The position numbers and the translations under genes are program-made. 64,000 nucleotides of DNA, taken from an uncultured archaeon. Its GTDB lineage: Archaea; Thermoproteota; Nitrososphaeria; Nitrososphaerales; Gagatemarchaeaceae. The notes beneath the pieces are model-generated. The model saw only the letters and a list, made by a program, of their open reading frames with translations. It made no database searches and had not been told where the DNA came from. The stretch lies in assembly GCA_963799775.1 (NCBI GenBank), contig CAWCYD010000003.1:1504001-1568000 (forward strand), in the 5' to 3' direction. Of the stretch, positions 63,929 through 64,000 are shown piece by piece. Within the stretch, counting starts at the first letter, position 1; each line of letters begins with the position of its first letter.

Positions 63929-64000
63929 AACATTCGCGACTGTGAGATTTGAATAGACATCCAGGGACAATCGGCCGAGGGGAACGCATAACTATCGATT

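Overview
High-GC archaeal chromosome segment, most consistent with a non-ammonia-oxidising Nitrososphaerota/TACK lineage (archaeal DnaG, TFB, pelota, PheRS, type II MetAP, DUF1512, SRP RNA, BHB-intron tRNAs). About 30 apparent frameshifts, many in essential genes, look like long-read indel errors. Housekeeping content: ilvD, an Lhr helicase, an Opp transporter, a his cluster, pheST/trpS/coaD/map, three intron-containing tRNAs (Ser-GCT, Val-TAC with two introns, Trp-CCA) and SRP RNA. Main observations: (1) two inverted ISH3-like IS copies with swapped 4-bp target duplications, showing that the 19.8 kb between them is inverted and has split a LAGLIDADG-HTH gene; (2) a short, apparently hingeless SMC5/6-like ATPase in an operon with kleisin-like and KITE-like genes, between lhr and an MPE phosphoesterase; (3) near-cognate start codons (ATT, ATA, CTG), each 6 nt after an SD-like element; (4) a 50-aa C4C4 RING-like microprotein absent from the ORF track; (5) a tnpB-only element inserted at the coaD TATA box; (6) a lower-GC island with a G1 peptidase and a secreted protein with a nuclease-like tip. 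All calls come from reading the sequence; no database searches were run.
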